Origin: Lama glama
Lineage: Eukaryota
DNA: 64,000 nt
Reading direction: 5' to 3'
NCBI GenBank assembly: GCA_028534125.1
Contig: CM052818.1
Span: forward strand, 40,302,001 to 40,366,000
Of the stretch, positions 37,480-50,911 are shown one piece after another; position 1 is the stretch's first letter; the number at the start of each line of letters is the position of its first letter. The notes below the pieces were generated by a model. It was not told the origin of the DNA. It saw only the letters and a list, made by a program, of their open reading frames with translations, and searched no databases. The position numbers were made by a program, and so were the translations under genes.

Positions 37480-40400
37480 CATGTTTTAATCAGAGTTGTT
37501 GAGGTGTAATTTACATCAGTCTAATTCGTCATTTTTAGCGCATGATGCATTTGAGATTCATCCATGCCATCCCACGTATCAGTAACGTATTCCTTTTTAC
37601 TGCTGAATAGTAGTTGTCTGTTCCATGGATATACCACTTTTTCTTTATTCATTTACCTATGGGAGGATTTTTAGGTCATTTCCAGTTGTCGGCATGTATA
37701 AATAAAGCCATTTTAAGCATCTGCATACAGGGTCCTGTGTAAACACAAAATTTACCCATTTCTCATGGGTAAAAACCTAGGAGTAGGATTTCTAGGTCAC
37801 ATGGTAAGTTGCCAAACCATTTCCCAAAGTGAACAAACCACGTCGCACTTCCAACAGCACTGTGTGAGTGATTTTTTTGCTCTGCATCCTTGCCAGGCAT
37901 TTGGTATTGTCAGGTTTTTTTCATTTGTTTGTTTGTTTTAAGCTGTTCTGGTGGTTACACAGTAATATCCCATTGTGGTTTTAACTCGTATTACCCTAGC
38001 GACAGATGATACTGAGTATTTTATCAAGTGCTTATTTGCCATTATATGTATTCTTTGGCAAAAATACCTGTTCAAATCACTTGTTCATTTGAATAGGGTT
38101 GTTCATTATTTTATTATTGAGATTTGAAAGTTCTTTATATATTCTGGATACAAGTTCTTTACCATATGTGTTTTGCAAATACTTTCTCTCAGTCTGTGCT
38201 TGTCTTTTCATTCTCTTAATATCTTTTAGTGTCCTTCAATAAGCCAAAACTTGTAATTTTAATGAAATTCAATGTATCTACTTGTTCTTTCATGAATTGT
38301 GCTTTTAACGTCATATGTAAGAAATCTTTGCCTAACCCTAGGTCACAAAAATTTCCTACTTTTCTGTACAGAAGTTTTTATAATCTTATCTTTTATGTTT
38401 TTAGAATTATTACCTATTTGAGTTGATTTTTATATTTGTGCAAAGTAATGAATAAGGTTCATTTTTACTGTTATGATATAGCCTAACTGTCCCAGCACTA
38501 TCTGTGGGAAAGACTGGCTTTCTGTTCCTCTACTATAGACATCTATCTTTCTGCAAATATCACACTGTCTTGATTATCATAGTTTTATAGTTAAGTCTTG
38601 AGACTGGTGGTGGGACTCCTCCAAATTCATCATTTTTCAAAATTCTCTTTGATATTTTGATTCCTTTTTATTTTCATATAGATTTAAGAATTTTCTTGTC
38701 CTTTTCTGGAAAAAAATCCTGTTGGAATTTTTATTATGATTATGTTGAATTTATAGCTTAATCTTGGGAGATACCTTAACAACAGCAAGTTTTTCAGCCT
38801 GTGGACAGAGTATATTTCTCCATTTATTTAGATCATATTTGATTTCTTTCATCAGTGTTTTTTAAATTTCAGTATATAGATATCACACATATTTTGTTAG
38901 ATTTATACCTAAGTATTTAATAATTTGGGGTAGTATTACAAATTATACCTTTAAATTTTTGACTTCCAGTTTATTTATGCAAATATACAGAGCCACAATT
39001 TATTTTTGTATACTGAGTTTAGATCCTGCAACTTTGTTAAAGTCACTTGTTAGTCATAGTAAAAATTTTGCAGGTTATTTGAGATTTTCTGCACAGACAG
39101 TTTTGACTATGAATAAGAATACTTTTATTTGTTTCCATTCTGTATGTCCTTTATTTATCTTTCTTGCCTTATTACCCTTGCTAATACATTCAGTACAATG
39201 TTCAATAAACATTATGAGAGCAGACACCCTTGCCTAATCTTAGAGGGGGACATTCAGTCATTGACTATTAAGTATATTATCCACAGGTTCTATCAAGATG
39301 TCCTTTGTCAGGTTAAAGGAATTGCCTTCTATTCCTATTTTTAGAGTTTTATAATAAATCCATGTTGAATTGTGTCATATGTCTTTTTTGCATTATTGAG
39401 AAAATCATGTGGCTTCTCTAGTCTGTTGATATGTACATTGATGAATTATATTGATGGTATAAATTCAACTTGGTCATGTTGTATTATCCTTTTTTATATA
39501 TTGCTGGATCCAATTTGTTAAAATTTAGTTTAGAATTTTTTTTTTTGCCTTTATGTTCTTGAATGTTTTTATTTTGTAAGAACTTAGAGAGTAATGCTGA
39601 CCTCATAAAATGAGGTGGGAAGTATTTTTCTCCCTGTCCGTTTTCTGGAAGACTTCAGAGTTCATATTATTTCTGCTTTAAATATATGGTAGAATTCAGA
39701 GAAGCCATCTGGGCTTGGACTTTTATTTTAGGAATGCTTTTAACTAAGAATTCAGTTATATTGCAGATTTTCTCTTTCTTCTGTTTCTTCTTCTGGTAGT
39801 TTATGAGTTTGTGTCTTTCAAGGAATCTGTCAATTTCAGTTAAGTCATTGAATTAATAAGCATAAACATTTTCTCATAGATTGTTTTATTATAACTTTAT
39901 TATTTTTAGGATCTTTGGTAATGTACCCCTTTTCATTTTTAACATTAGTAATATTTACTTTCTGTTTACCCCCTGCCTTTATGGTCAATCTAGCTAGACT
40001 TGAAACAATTTTTTTTAATTTTTATTTATCTTTAACCAGCTCTTCCTAAGTTTTTAAAGGTGGAAGTTAAGGCCACTGATTTAAGATTTCTCTTCTACAA
40101 TAAACATTTAATACTATAACATTTCCTCTAAATGCTACTGTAGTTGCACCCCACAAATTTTGATAGGTGGTTTGTAATTTTTATTCAATTCAAAGTACTT
40201 TTTAATTCCTTGTGACTTTATATTTGAGTTATAGGTTATTTATAAATGGGTTATTTAATTGTCAAATATTTGGAATTTTTCCAGGTTTCTTTCCATTATT
40301 AATTCCAAGTAGAATTCTGTTGTAGTTAGATAATATATTTTCTATGATTTCAACTATTTAAATTTCTGAGGAGTGTTTTATGCCCAGAACATAGTCTATC

Positions 40401-43375
40401 CTGGTGAATGTTTTAAGTGTACTTGAAAAGAATGTTTACTCTGCTGTTTGCGGGTTGAACATTCAATAAATGTAAATTTGATTAAGTAAGTTGATAGTTT
40501 ATTATGCAGGTCATATTGCCCAAGTGTTTAATATTATCAGTGATTTTCTTTCTCCTACTTCTACCCACTATTGAGGAGGCAGCACTGCAGTCTTCAAGTA
40601 TAGTTAAGGATAAATCTATTTCTCCCTTCAATTATATAATTTTTGCTTCATGTATTTCTAATTTATGTTGTTCAGTGCCCAAATATTTAAGATTATTATC
40701 TATTCTTGCAAATTAATCCCTTTTCATTATTCAATGCCCCTCTGTCTGATATCCATACTACCATTCTAGATTTTTTTCTTGGACTGATGTTTGTTTGGTA
40801 CATCTTTTCTGTTTTTACCTTTAATTTATTTATGTTCTTACATATAAATTGTCTCCGTATTTAAATTGGTTTTCTTGTAGCAATTACATAGTTTCTGTTG
40901 CTTTTCTGTATAATACGATAATCCCTGTGTTTTAATTTCTGTTTTTAGAACATTTGTATCAAATGTGATTCTTACTTAGGTGGGATTAAATCTACCATTT
41001 TCCTAATTTTTCTATTTGTTTTGTCTTTAGTTATCTTCAGTTTCTTTTTCCTTTTGTGATTTTTGCTTTTGAATGTGTTGTTTATATTGAATGTAGGATT
41101 CCATTTTATCTCCACTATTGATTTATAGCTCATTTTACATTTTTCAGTGGTTATCCTAGGAATTACAATATGCAACTTTAAGTAATTACAGCCTACTTTC
41201 AAACAATATTATGTCACATCAGGTATACTGTAAAAACATTACAACAGTGTACTCTCAATTCCTCTCCCCCTTGTTTTGTGACACTGTCATACATTTTACT
41301 TTCATCTTTTCATCTATACTATAAACTCACAATACTTTGCTACTATTTTTTTTAATTTAGGTAATCAATTATCTTTAGAATGAATAAGGATAAGACAAAA
41401 ATATATCTTTTTTATTCATCTTCATTTTAACCATTTCCAGGAATCTTCATTTCTTTGTGTAGATCCAGGTTTCTCCCTGGTATCTTACTCCTTTTGCCAG
41501 AAGACCATCTTTTTACATTTTATGTAGAACCAACCTGCTGTTACTAAAAGCTCTTAGTTTTCCTTTGTCTGAAAAACTCTTTACTCTCCTTCATTACTGA
41601 AAAATATTTTATTTTGACTGGCTATAGCTTTCTGTATTTCCCCTGTTTTTCTTTCAGCACTTTAAAGATACCCATTCATTGTCTCTGACTTGCATAAATT
41701 CTGACAACAAATTGTTGGAGATTCTTAACTTGGCCCTCTGTATGTAATGTCTCTATTTTTCTCTGGCTTCCTTCAAGACTGTCTATATTTCTTTGTGTTT
41801 CAGCAGTTTGAATATGGTGTATGTATGTGTATTCCACAGCATTTCAATGCCCTGTTCTTCTTCCCCCTACTATTTTTTCTCTTTATTTTCAGTTTAGGTA
41901 ATTTCTGTTGACCTGTCTTCAAGTTCACTGATTCTTTCCTCAGCTATACCGACTCAATTAATGAATCAAAAACATTCTTCATTTCTGTACCATTTATTTC
42001 TTTCTAGCACTTCCATTTAACTCTCATATTTTCTACTCTTTGTTGAAACTACTACTTTATTCATCTACTTTTTAATACAGTTGCTAAGACATAATCACAA
42101 TTATTTTCAATTTGCTCTCTTACATTAATGACATCTAGGTCATCGCTGAGTTTTCTATTAATTATTTTCCCTTGAAAGTTAATTGCTCTTTTTATTTATT
42201 TTTATTGTAGTCTCAGAAATCTTTGATTCGTTTCTAATCATAGTATGTGGACAGTATAAGCTTTGGTAAATAGTGTTTTTGCCTGGTAATAGGCATGCCT
42301 CCTCTTCTGCTAGCAATTAGTGTGACTGACTGAATCAGTCAAATCAGGAATCTGACTGGGTATGCATTTTGTTGCTGCTATTGTTACCTTCTTTGCACCA
42401 CAGGCTTCAAATTCCTCTGGTAGGTTACTGGAGGGTTTGTCATGATATTCCTCTCCATTTTCAGCGGCGGGGCTTCTCTTTGTGTCCATGCCTCGGGGAT
42501 GGTCTCTGTGTTGTCACCCTTCTCCTCCCAACTGTTACTGTTTGTCTCTGCCAGCTAGGGGAATGATGTGGGGAAAAGGGGCATTCTCTGCTGTTCTAGT
42601 TAATCCTAAATCTAAGGCAGTGCCTGTATTCCCCTAGGTCTTAGGGGAAAAGTTATATGATTTATCTTGCCTCTCTCCCAGTGATAGGAGATATCTTAAT
42701 GATCTGATCTGGGTCTCCTGTCCCTCTCCCAAGGGTGGAGGGTTTTTCTTTTTCCTTACTCCATAGCAGTAGATCTTTACCTGTGTTCTGGGGTAACAGT
42801 GCTTGAAGCCCTTCTTCTGGCAGTTTAATTCTTTTGTCTCTTAGGAAACACGGGAAAAGGCAGAGCTTTAATCTTTTCCTATAGTGGCAGCAGCTCCTCT
42901 TCTCCACACCTGCTCCACAAAGGACTGAATACTTTCATCTTCCAACCTGTCTATAGTCCTTCTCATAAGAAACTAGTGAAGTCCATAGAGAAAAAGCCTG
43001 TAAGAGAGTGTTCATTTCTTTTTCCTGTGGTTTCCAGGTCTTCTGTGTTCTCTCATTAGCCCACACTTAGCCTTTATCAATTTGTTTTTAAAAATGACCT
43101 GACTTTTTAATACCTACTTCTACGGTCTCTGGTATGCCTTCCCTCAGTGCTCTGCCAAAGATATGCCAGTTCCTGAATTCCATCTGTCCTTGAAGATTAC
43201 CTTAGATTTTTCCTTAAATTTGTTCCCTTAGATTCATATTAGTTGTTTGCCCTGTTACCTCAGCTCTCTCATGGGCTCAAGAAAAAATTGTGATGTTTTA
43301 GATTTTCTGGATTTTTATTGTTGTTAGGATAGGATTAACAGTCTTTCCAGCTTTCTACATCCTAGGCAGATTCCA
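37480..43375 (-). mobile_element. Old, long (about 5.9 kb) degenerate L1 in NT5C1B intron 9
   Basis: L1M 3' end 'gttgaggtgtaatttacat' at left, T-rich antisense ORF2/ORF1 relics throughout, 5'-UTR-like sequence at right; no intact ORF. Confidence 0.8.
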
Positions 43376-43844
43376 AATATTTTAACTTATACAATTTTTT
43401 AAAAACGTAGGTTCATATAACTTTCCTTCGTGTTTCTATATTTTTATTGATCAAGTACATACTACCATATAAATATATAAAGTATTAAACATATCAAAAA
43501 TGAAGGTAAGAAAGAATGACATGGGTACCTAGTTTGAATATAGTGACATAAACTGACCAGGCCCTATTTATTCTCTTTGGAAATTACTCAAAAGCATCAA
43601 GGAGAGCTGTGTTCCTCTGTGTTTCAAAACCAAACTGTGAGGAAAGTGGTTTCTTCCAATAGTCACTACACCTCCTTTGTTGCTGTTGCCAAAAAAACAG
43701 TTATAGTTTTTTTTTCCACTTATGTGTATGCCTCTCACCTTTAGGAAGTAAATTTTACTTTTTTTTCTGATATATTTAGCCTCAGAGAAAGCAATACTAA
43801 ACAAATGATCACATAGATAAGCCACTTTTGTGGAAAACAGCTGG

Positions 43845-45890
43845 TTTCCATGACAGCAAAGAAGAAAGCTTTTGAATTGTGAAAAGTCAGTTTTGAAATA
43901 TTACCCTTGACCTTTCCCCAGAAATCCTCTAATTTTTCCAAGGAAAACCAACCTACTTCAGTGATAAGTAATAAAAAGAGAACCAGCACATTATATACAC
44001 AAAAATACTATGAGAAAAAAGGCAGACACAGAAAAGTAAAATCTAATAACAGATGGAGGACTCTCATTAGAAATAGTTGCCATAGTACAGGTGAAAACTG
44101 TGACTAAACATATACCATGACTTTTAAAAACTTAATAAAGCAAGGCCATAAAGTGGAAATGCAAAAATCAGGGAAGAGTTGATAAAATGTTAAATGACAG
44201 AACTCTGGAAATGAGCAGAATAGAAAAATAATATTTTAGAGTGAAAAAATGACAGAAATAGATCACAGATAAAGCAAATCCAACATATGCACAATTGGAA
44301 TCCCTGAAGAAAACACTGAAATTATGTTCTGGGGGAGAAGAGGATTGTGTGTGGTAAATACAAAAATGCAAATTTACATCAAAATATAAGTCAAAAAAGT
44401 CCTGAATTAGAATATTTTAATGCATACACTAAACTATTACAGATTAAAAATTAAAGGCCACATTATGTTATAGGGAAATAGAACAGAATGATCATCACTG
44501 AGACATACCCTAGTAAAGTTACTTGACTTCAAAAATGAAAAAAATAATCATTTGGGCAGCCTGAACACACAAGTGAGGGAAAGAAAAATCAAGCTGTCCT
44601 TGAGTCTTCTGCACAACAGCACTCAGTAGCAAAACACAGTGAAGCCTTACTTATAAGATCAGGTGGAGAGAAAATACAAATCAGATTCTATATTCAGCCA
44701 GAAGTTCATTCAAGTAAAAAGGAAGCAGATCAACGGTTAAGAACAGAGTATATTCTCAGGGATTATTATTTCCATAAGATTTTCTTCAGAAAACTAGCAC
44801 AAAAGGACATGTTTTGGCCAACCTGTAGATGACTAGAAACACAAAGGCACAAATGGGTGTAGAATATATTTAACATAGAACTAAAACTAAAATATTTGCA
44901 GAGTGACAGAAAAGAAAGCACATATTTTGTGCTCCAACAATGTAGAAATTACATAACTATTAAAAACTGAAAATGTGGAGGAAAAAGTTATAAGGAAGAA
45001 CAGGTAAGCTGATAACTTCAGTTACAATAGCTGATCAAAGGATAAAATGTACACCTGATAGAAAGATTAAAATCTTTAATAATGCAAATATAAACATTGA
45101 GAAAGATAACACAGTTAAAATTGGATGATTGAAGAAAAAATAGAGGATAAGAGAGAGATGAAGAAGTGCCCTAATTTCATTATTTTTCATTGTAAAAAGT
45201 AATAGATCCTGGATTTTAAAACAATAGGGGACTAAGGGGACTATAAAAAGTTATCAAGGTAACTAATAGAAGGAAATAATATAAACCTTCCTAAATGTCA
45301 AAAGATACACAGGTTCAGATAAAAAATAAACTCAGTGAATAATCTTTTAAAATCTTTAAACATGAAAAATGAAATAAAAATTGAAATACAGAACCATTAT
45401 CACATATATTTATAATATCAATAAATGTAAGTGACCTAAAAGTCAACTTCTGTTTTAAAATTTAAGATTTTCAGATTGGATCACATAGCAAAATCCAATT
45501 CTATTTTCTATATTAGAGATAAAGCTAAAACTATGAGTTCAGAAATACTGAAAATAAAGCTAGGTGTAAAGATATACAAAGTAATCGTAAATATAGACAA
45601 GGTTGGATTCCAGCCAAGAAGGAATTGAACAAGATAGAGAAAACGCATACTTTATAAAGCTAAAATGTAAAATTCACAAAAAGTACATTAAAAGAGTAGT
45701 GCTTTGATGATTAACTGAACTTTATTTAGAGTATCCCATTTTGCCCAGCATAGTTTATGTCTGTTGCACTGGTTCAACTTCACAGGAACTTCTTTTACTC
45801 TTAAAATATTTGTGTTTAGATGATAAATTATATGGTCATCCTATGTTTATTCTAGGAATGCAAGGATGGTTTTATATAAGGAAATAGAAT
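43845..45890 (+). mobile_element. Old L1 (L1ME/HAL1-like) ORF1 and ORF2 relics
   Basis: A-rich; 'aatccaacatatgcacaattggaatccctgaagaa' (ORF1-like), 'atatcaataaatgtaagtgacctaaa...ttcagattggat' (EN start), 'tttattctaggaatgcaaggatggttt' (RT). Confidence 0.65.
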
Positions 45891-46051
45891 CACATAAATG
45901 GAAGGAGTCTCAGCATTGTACCACTGGCCTGTACTCCATGTCTCATGCAGTATTATTTACACTTTTATAAGTTCTTATAAACATCTGCCTTTTTCGCCTT
46001 CACTTTCTTTTGCTCACTGCATCACAGCTGTGACATATGTTCCTTTTACAG

Positions 46052-46384
46052 GGTCCCTTGAAAGGCTTTCTGGAAGATTTAGGCAGACTGCAAAAGAAGT
46101 TTTATGCCAAAGACGAACGGTTACGTTGCCCCATCAGGACCTACCTGGTTACAGCCAGGAGTGCAGCCAGTTCAGGCGCCCGCGTGCTGAAAACCCTTCG
46201 CCGCTGGGGTCTAGAGATAGACGAAGCTCTTTTCCTTGCTGGAGCCCCCAAAGGTCCCATCTTGGTGAAGATAAGGCCTCACGTCTTCTTTGATGACCAC
46301 ATGTTCCACATTGAAGGGGCACAGAAACTTGGGACCATCGCAGCTCATGTACCTTATGGATTTAATCAAAAAATGAACAATTAG
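46052..46384 (+). CDS. NT5C1B: NT5C1B last coding exon 10 ([17 protein letters not shown]...LVTAR...FFDD...[14 protein letters not shown])
   Basis: Acceptor ccttttacag|, 333 nt, stop TAG at 46382-46384; cN-I motifs TAR and FFDD; spliced CDS is 1857 nt with no internal stop. Confidence 0.97.
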   Translation, partial: GPLKGFLEDLGRLQKKFYAKDERLRCPIRTYLVTARSAASSGARVLKTLRRWGLEIDEALFLAGAPKGPILVKIRPHVFFDDHMFHIEGAQKLGTIAAHVPYGFNQKMNN

Positions 46385-46398
46385 GAATGGGGAGGAGA

Positions 46399-46404
46399 AA
46401 TAAA
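46399..46404 (+). terminator. Candidate proximal polyadenylation signal AATAAA for NT5C1B
   Basis: Hexamer 14 nt after the stop codon; usage unproven. Confidence 0.4.
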
Positions 46405-47089
46405 GCAGTGAGTCTGGTCTTACAGGAGCCACTTCATGTGGATCTCTAGGGTAATTAGGTATTTCAGTAGATTAGACTTCAGAACTTTGTTCATTTGGAA
46501 AGGTGTTTCTCTTGAGTTTTGGAAAACATTTTGAACTCTCAAGTTACCTTCAAGCTACTTCTCTTGGAGCTGTGAGTGCTGGTGATGCCATTGCACCTAC
46601 TTTTGTGTGTAAGTCATAATGATAATTTTTAGTATAAGTTTAAAACTTGAATGCTTAAATGCTTAAAGGGCTATGTCAGAAGCCTACTTAGTTTTACAAA
46701 GCATTGCTCATTTTTGGATGTTGGTAGCCATAATGAATCATTACCCATCGTCATTATAGAATAGCGGGTTTTCGTAGGTGGAAAGAGTAGGGTTAAGCAA
46801 ACTCTTGAAAATTGGAGCTTGTCGGTCTGTTGCCTCTGTAAACGTTTAGTCTTTTAATCGTGGCAAAAATGAAGATGTTACTCCACCTGCATTGGAGTAT
46901 ACCAATTTTGACATTGCCCATTTAGAGATAAAGGAGCTGGTTATTCATATAGGTTATTCATGTAAGATGAACTCCAGACAGAACCTCTGGAAGGGTTCTC
47001 TGAAGCTTATTTAGTGGGTTCATTCACTGTTGTCATTCTGTTGTGATTTGTGTCTTGATTTCAAAAAACATTGATTCGTAATAATATTA

Positions 47090-47300
47090 ACCATAATCTG
47101 CTATAATGTTAGGAACAGTAAGCTGGTTATTTTCACATGTTACCTCATTTTTTCATCAAACCAAACATTTGTGACATAATATTATGATTACTTTCCTTTT
47201 TATCAATGAAGAACCTAAGATTCAAAAAGATTAACTAGTTTATCCAAGGATAATAAATGGTAGGATAAAGATTCAAATTCAGGTCTTACTTCAAAATCTA
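47090..47300. mobile_element. MIR SINE
   Basis: 'ttttatcaatgaagaacctaagattcaaaaagattaactagtttatccaagg...gattcaaattcaggtct'. Confidence 0.55.
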
Positions 47301-48679
47301 CCTGTTGTCTATTTTCTCTGTGTTATAGAGCCTTCCAAATTGAGTTGCTATTAATTCCATGGCTGTAGGACCCACCCCAAACAAATGAGTCATCACATTA
47401 CATTTTATGCTTAAGCTACATGGCAGTTACACAGTAGGTCAGGGGACTCCTCCACTCTTCCTCACACCCTCTCTTGCTCCTTCTACCCCCACCTCCATCC
47501 CTACCTCACCCACATAGACATATTCCACCCCTGGTTCTCATTAAAGCAGACCACTACTGACACATATCTTTCGATCTGCTTCCTGATTTGATGTAAGCCT
47601 GTACAAAATATATCATTCATGACACTTATTGAGTACCTACTGTTTTCTAAGCATTCCCCAATATAAAGACCACAAGAGAGACTCAGACATAATCCTATCC
47701 TTTAGAAAATTTAAAACTTTTTAACAATTCCTTAGAGGAAGTCAAATGTGCAAGCTCACATACCCCACACTAGAGAGGGCTGTTTGTTCTCAGCGCCAAG
47801 TGAGGGTCACACAGGAGGCTGAAACAGAGATCTGTATGGGCTGGAAGTGGTCAGGAAATGGAGAGAACTGAGGTGGGCTTTGAAGGACAGGAAAGAGGTG
47901 GGTGGATAGAAAGGAAGAGGGAGAGAAAGCATGTGCTTCTGGCTCAGTGAGTTGGAGAAGCAGCTTCAGGTTACAGACAGGGTGGAATAAAGGCCTACCC
48001 CTCATGATTTCTGTTTCTGGTGCCATGTCTAATCCTCCATGTTAGTGCCCCTTCCTCTCTCTGAGCTCCATTCTCAGCACTCATAAGAAACCTTCTGGCA
48101 TTATATCCCTTTTCTTTGTATTGTGACTTTGTATTGCATATCACTCCCAAATATAAGGGAGTGGAGGAGAGTTTATCAGAATTTTCTAGGGAGCTTATTT
48201 CAAACTATGGAAGTTGTGTGTCTCTTCTCTTGTCCTAAAGATTCTAGAATGGGGGGTGGGGCAGAGTAGATCTCTGTACCAGACAGTAAACACCCTGAGG
48301 GTAGAAATGTTGCCCTATTTCTTTGTGACTTTCACAGGGCACAGGGCCTGTCACATAATGGATGGGGAGGCGGGTAGATGAATGTATGACAACTTAACAG
48401 TAGCTTGGTCTAAAGTATGAAATTTGCAGCCTGAAGGTTGATGCTGTTACCATAACCCCTGACATTTCTGAAGCATTTTACAGTGTAAAAAACTCCTTCC
48501 CTTCGTTGTTACATTTAATATTCTCCGGGAGGCTGTGGGGAGACACTTGTGAATGGTCCTGCCCATTAAGTCTGTGTTTACAGTAAGTCCAAGCTTTTCC
48601 CAGTGTACCTCTGCCAGTGTCAAATAAGACCATTTAAGGATGACTTTTTATATAGGGACCAATGCACAAGGGCCTTCAG

Positions 48680-48920
48680 TTTTCAAACCGTGGTTCCCAG
48701 ATCAGCAACATCAGAATCACCTAGGAACTTGCTAGAAATGCAAATTCTCAGGTTTCGTCTTGAACTCCAATATATTCAAAACTCCAGTGCCTGAGCCCTG
48801 AAATTTCTTTCTTTCTTTTCTTTCTTTTCTTTCTTTCTTCCTTTCTTTCTTTCTTTTTTTTTTTTTTTAACAGTTCCTGCAGGTGATTCCGATGCGACAC
48901 CAAAGTCTGTGAACCACCGG
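48680..48920. mobile_element. MER5A-like relic interrupted by a (TTTC)n/poly-T tract (about 48804-48868)
   Basis: 'gtggttcccagatcagcaacatcagaatcacctaggaacttgctagaaatgcaaattctcagg' ... 'ttttaacagttcctgcaggtgattccgatgc..ccaaagtctgtgaaccac'. Confidence 0.75.
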
Positions 48921-49224
48921 TCCATTCTATTTCTAACGGATTCAAGTTTCTAAGTTCTTAGAGTCATCTGTGGGGGAAAAAAAGCCTTTCCTCAGACTTC
49001 AGTTCGGCAGGCACCATTCTCCAGAGGACGAAGGTAAACTGAACTGAGGGTTAACAAGCCCCAAGAGTCCTTAATGGAAACGCACACTAAGCCAGCCCTG
49101 AAGAGTGGGATTTGTAAAGCAGCCTATAAAGAGATTTGTAAATTCAAAGTATTCATTAGGCATTCCCACGAGGAAGACCACCACCACTCTGGGATTTCCA
49201 TGGGCAGGGACCTCAGAAAACTGA

Positions 49225-50000
49225 AAACCGAGGGCCCGTCCTCACCCTCCACTCAGGCTGGGAGCCGGATCCACCGAGGCGCCACGAGCCAGGCGCTGAA
49301 CTCTCCTAACCAATCAGGTGCCCTTGGAAGGGAGACTACAAATCCCAGCATGCCCCACGCTGCCGTCAGGGGACGACAGTGAGCGCCCCAGAGTTCTTTG
49401 CGTACCGGTGGCAGCCCCAGCCCCCGGCGCGTGGCTACTCCGGAAGTCCCGCGCAGGGGCCGGTGGGCCTTCGGCCCAGGCGGCTATGGCAGTGGCTACT
49501 GTGGCGGCATTACTGGCCGCATTGGGTGGGGCCCTGTGGCTGGCGGCCCGGCGGTTCTTGGGGCCCAGCGTCCAGCGGCTGCACGGAAGCGAGCACTCCA
49601 GCCTCATGCACGGGAAGACCGTGCTGATAACGGGGGCGAACAGCGGCCTGGGCCGCGCCACGGCCGCCGAGCTGCTGCGCTTGGGGGCGCGAGTGATCAT
49701 GGGCTGCCGGGACCTCGAGCGCGCCGAGGAGGCGGCCGGTCAGCTCCGCCGCGAGCTCCGCCAGGCCGGGGGCCCCGAGCCAGGGCCCAGCTCCGGCGGG
49801 GCCGGTGAGCTTGTCGTCAAGCACTTGGACCTCGCCTCGCTGCGCTCGGTGCGCGCCTTCTGTCAGGAGATGCTCCAGGTGTGCGGCTCGGCCGGGGAGC
49901 CTGCTAGAGATCGGGGGAGGGGCCAGGGGCCTGGGCGGGCGGCGCGAGGCCTAGAGGGCCGGGGGCTGAGCCGAGAAGGGACCGCCCAGAGTCGAGGGGG
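49225..50000 (+). promoter_or_regulatory. CpG island / RDH14 promoter with CCAAT (49310-49314), ACTACAAATCCCAGCATGCCCC (49335-49356, ZNF143/THAP11-type) and ETS CCGGAAGT (49440-49447)
   Basis: High GC and CpG density; motifs read directly; no TATA box seen. Confidence 0.85.
49486..49878 (+). CDS. RDH14: RDH14 exon 1 ([24 protein letters not shown]...TGANSGLG...CQEMLQ), 131 codons
   Basis: ATG in good context (gctATGg), hydrophobic N-terminal anchor, SDR TGxxxGxG motif, donor CAG|gtgtgc in phase 0. Confidence 0.96.
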
Positions 50001-50469
50001 TGTGACCTTGGGAATGACTGAGGTTAGGAGTAGAAACAATCGAATGATTGAGGCGGCTTGGGAATTGGAGGCCGGAAAAATTGGTAGGACAGTCTTCTGT
50101 CTTCCAAGAATGTTGAGAAGAAAATGGACCCAAGAGGAAAATAAGCGAGTTTCTGAACATTTCCTCTTGTTATGTGAGGACAGCCCAGGAGGAGATCCGC
50201 CAGGTCTCTGGATTGTTTGTCTTCTGTCCAAAGTGAATCTGCACCAAGCCATCTCTTCAAAGAGCATGAGAGCACGTAGGGGAAGTTGCTAGCCAAGGAC
50301 CTTAAAGCAATTATTATTGTTTTCCCCCCTGCTGGAGTAGGAAGTTTAGCTTTCTGCCACCAGTGAACTTATTAGTGCCATCCTTAACCTAACTCTGGCC
50401 TAATTTCCAAATAGACTGGAGCTTGGAATGCCAGTGGTCATATGCTCTAAACGGTTCCTGAAATAAAAA

Positions 50470-50720
50470 TAACATCTAGCATTTATTTAAGGTTTGCCAT
50501 GTGCCAGGGGCTGTTCCAAGCATTTCAGATACTTTGAAAAAAAAAGTTTTTTATTGAAACTAAAGTGACCGTGGTCCTTACTGTCATCCATTACTACAGT
50601 AACTGTGAGGTAGGCATTATTATCCCTATTTTACAACCTAAGGCAACTGAGGCATACGTAGGCTAAGTAACTTGCCCAGGACCTGTCTCTAAAGTCCTTG
50701 CTTTTAACACCTATAGTCCT
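50470..50720. mobile_element. MIR SINE in the RDH14 intron
   Basis: 'gtgaggtaggcattattatccctattttaca..taaggcaactgaggcat...aggctaagtaacttgcccagg'. Confidence 0.7.
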
Positions 50721-50911
50721 ACTGCCTGCCCCAGTGAGCGTGCAGGATTTCTTTGTTTAGATAGTAAATATTCCACTGAAATGAATGTCCTCTGTTGGAA
50801 TTGAGGTAGAAGGATTTCCTGCAGAGGTGACTTCCAAGAAGGCAAGAGTGATGTTTAAAATTAGTTGGCACAGAAAAGGAGCCTATAGGAAAAGGAGTCT
50901 CTTGAGTCTAG

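Noticed and set aside
45898..46293. 131-aa alternative-frame ORF overlapping NT5C1B exon 10
   Set aside because: Starts in the intron, has no recognisable product, and is best explained as a shadow ORF.
49318..50292. 324-aa ORF as a single-exon gene or an extended RDH14
   Set aside because: It starts at GTG inside the promoter motifs and runs through a good donor at 49878 into the intron. The spliced 336-aa RDH14 explains the SDR motifs, and the extensions are GC-rich open frame.
49314..50296. Several overlapping ORFs on both strands at the CpG island
   Set aside because: Stop-poor GC-rich sequence; no recognisable domains.
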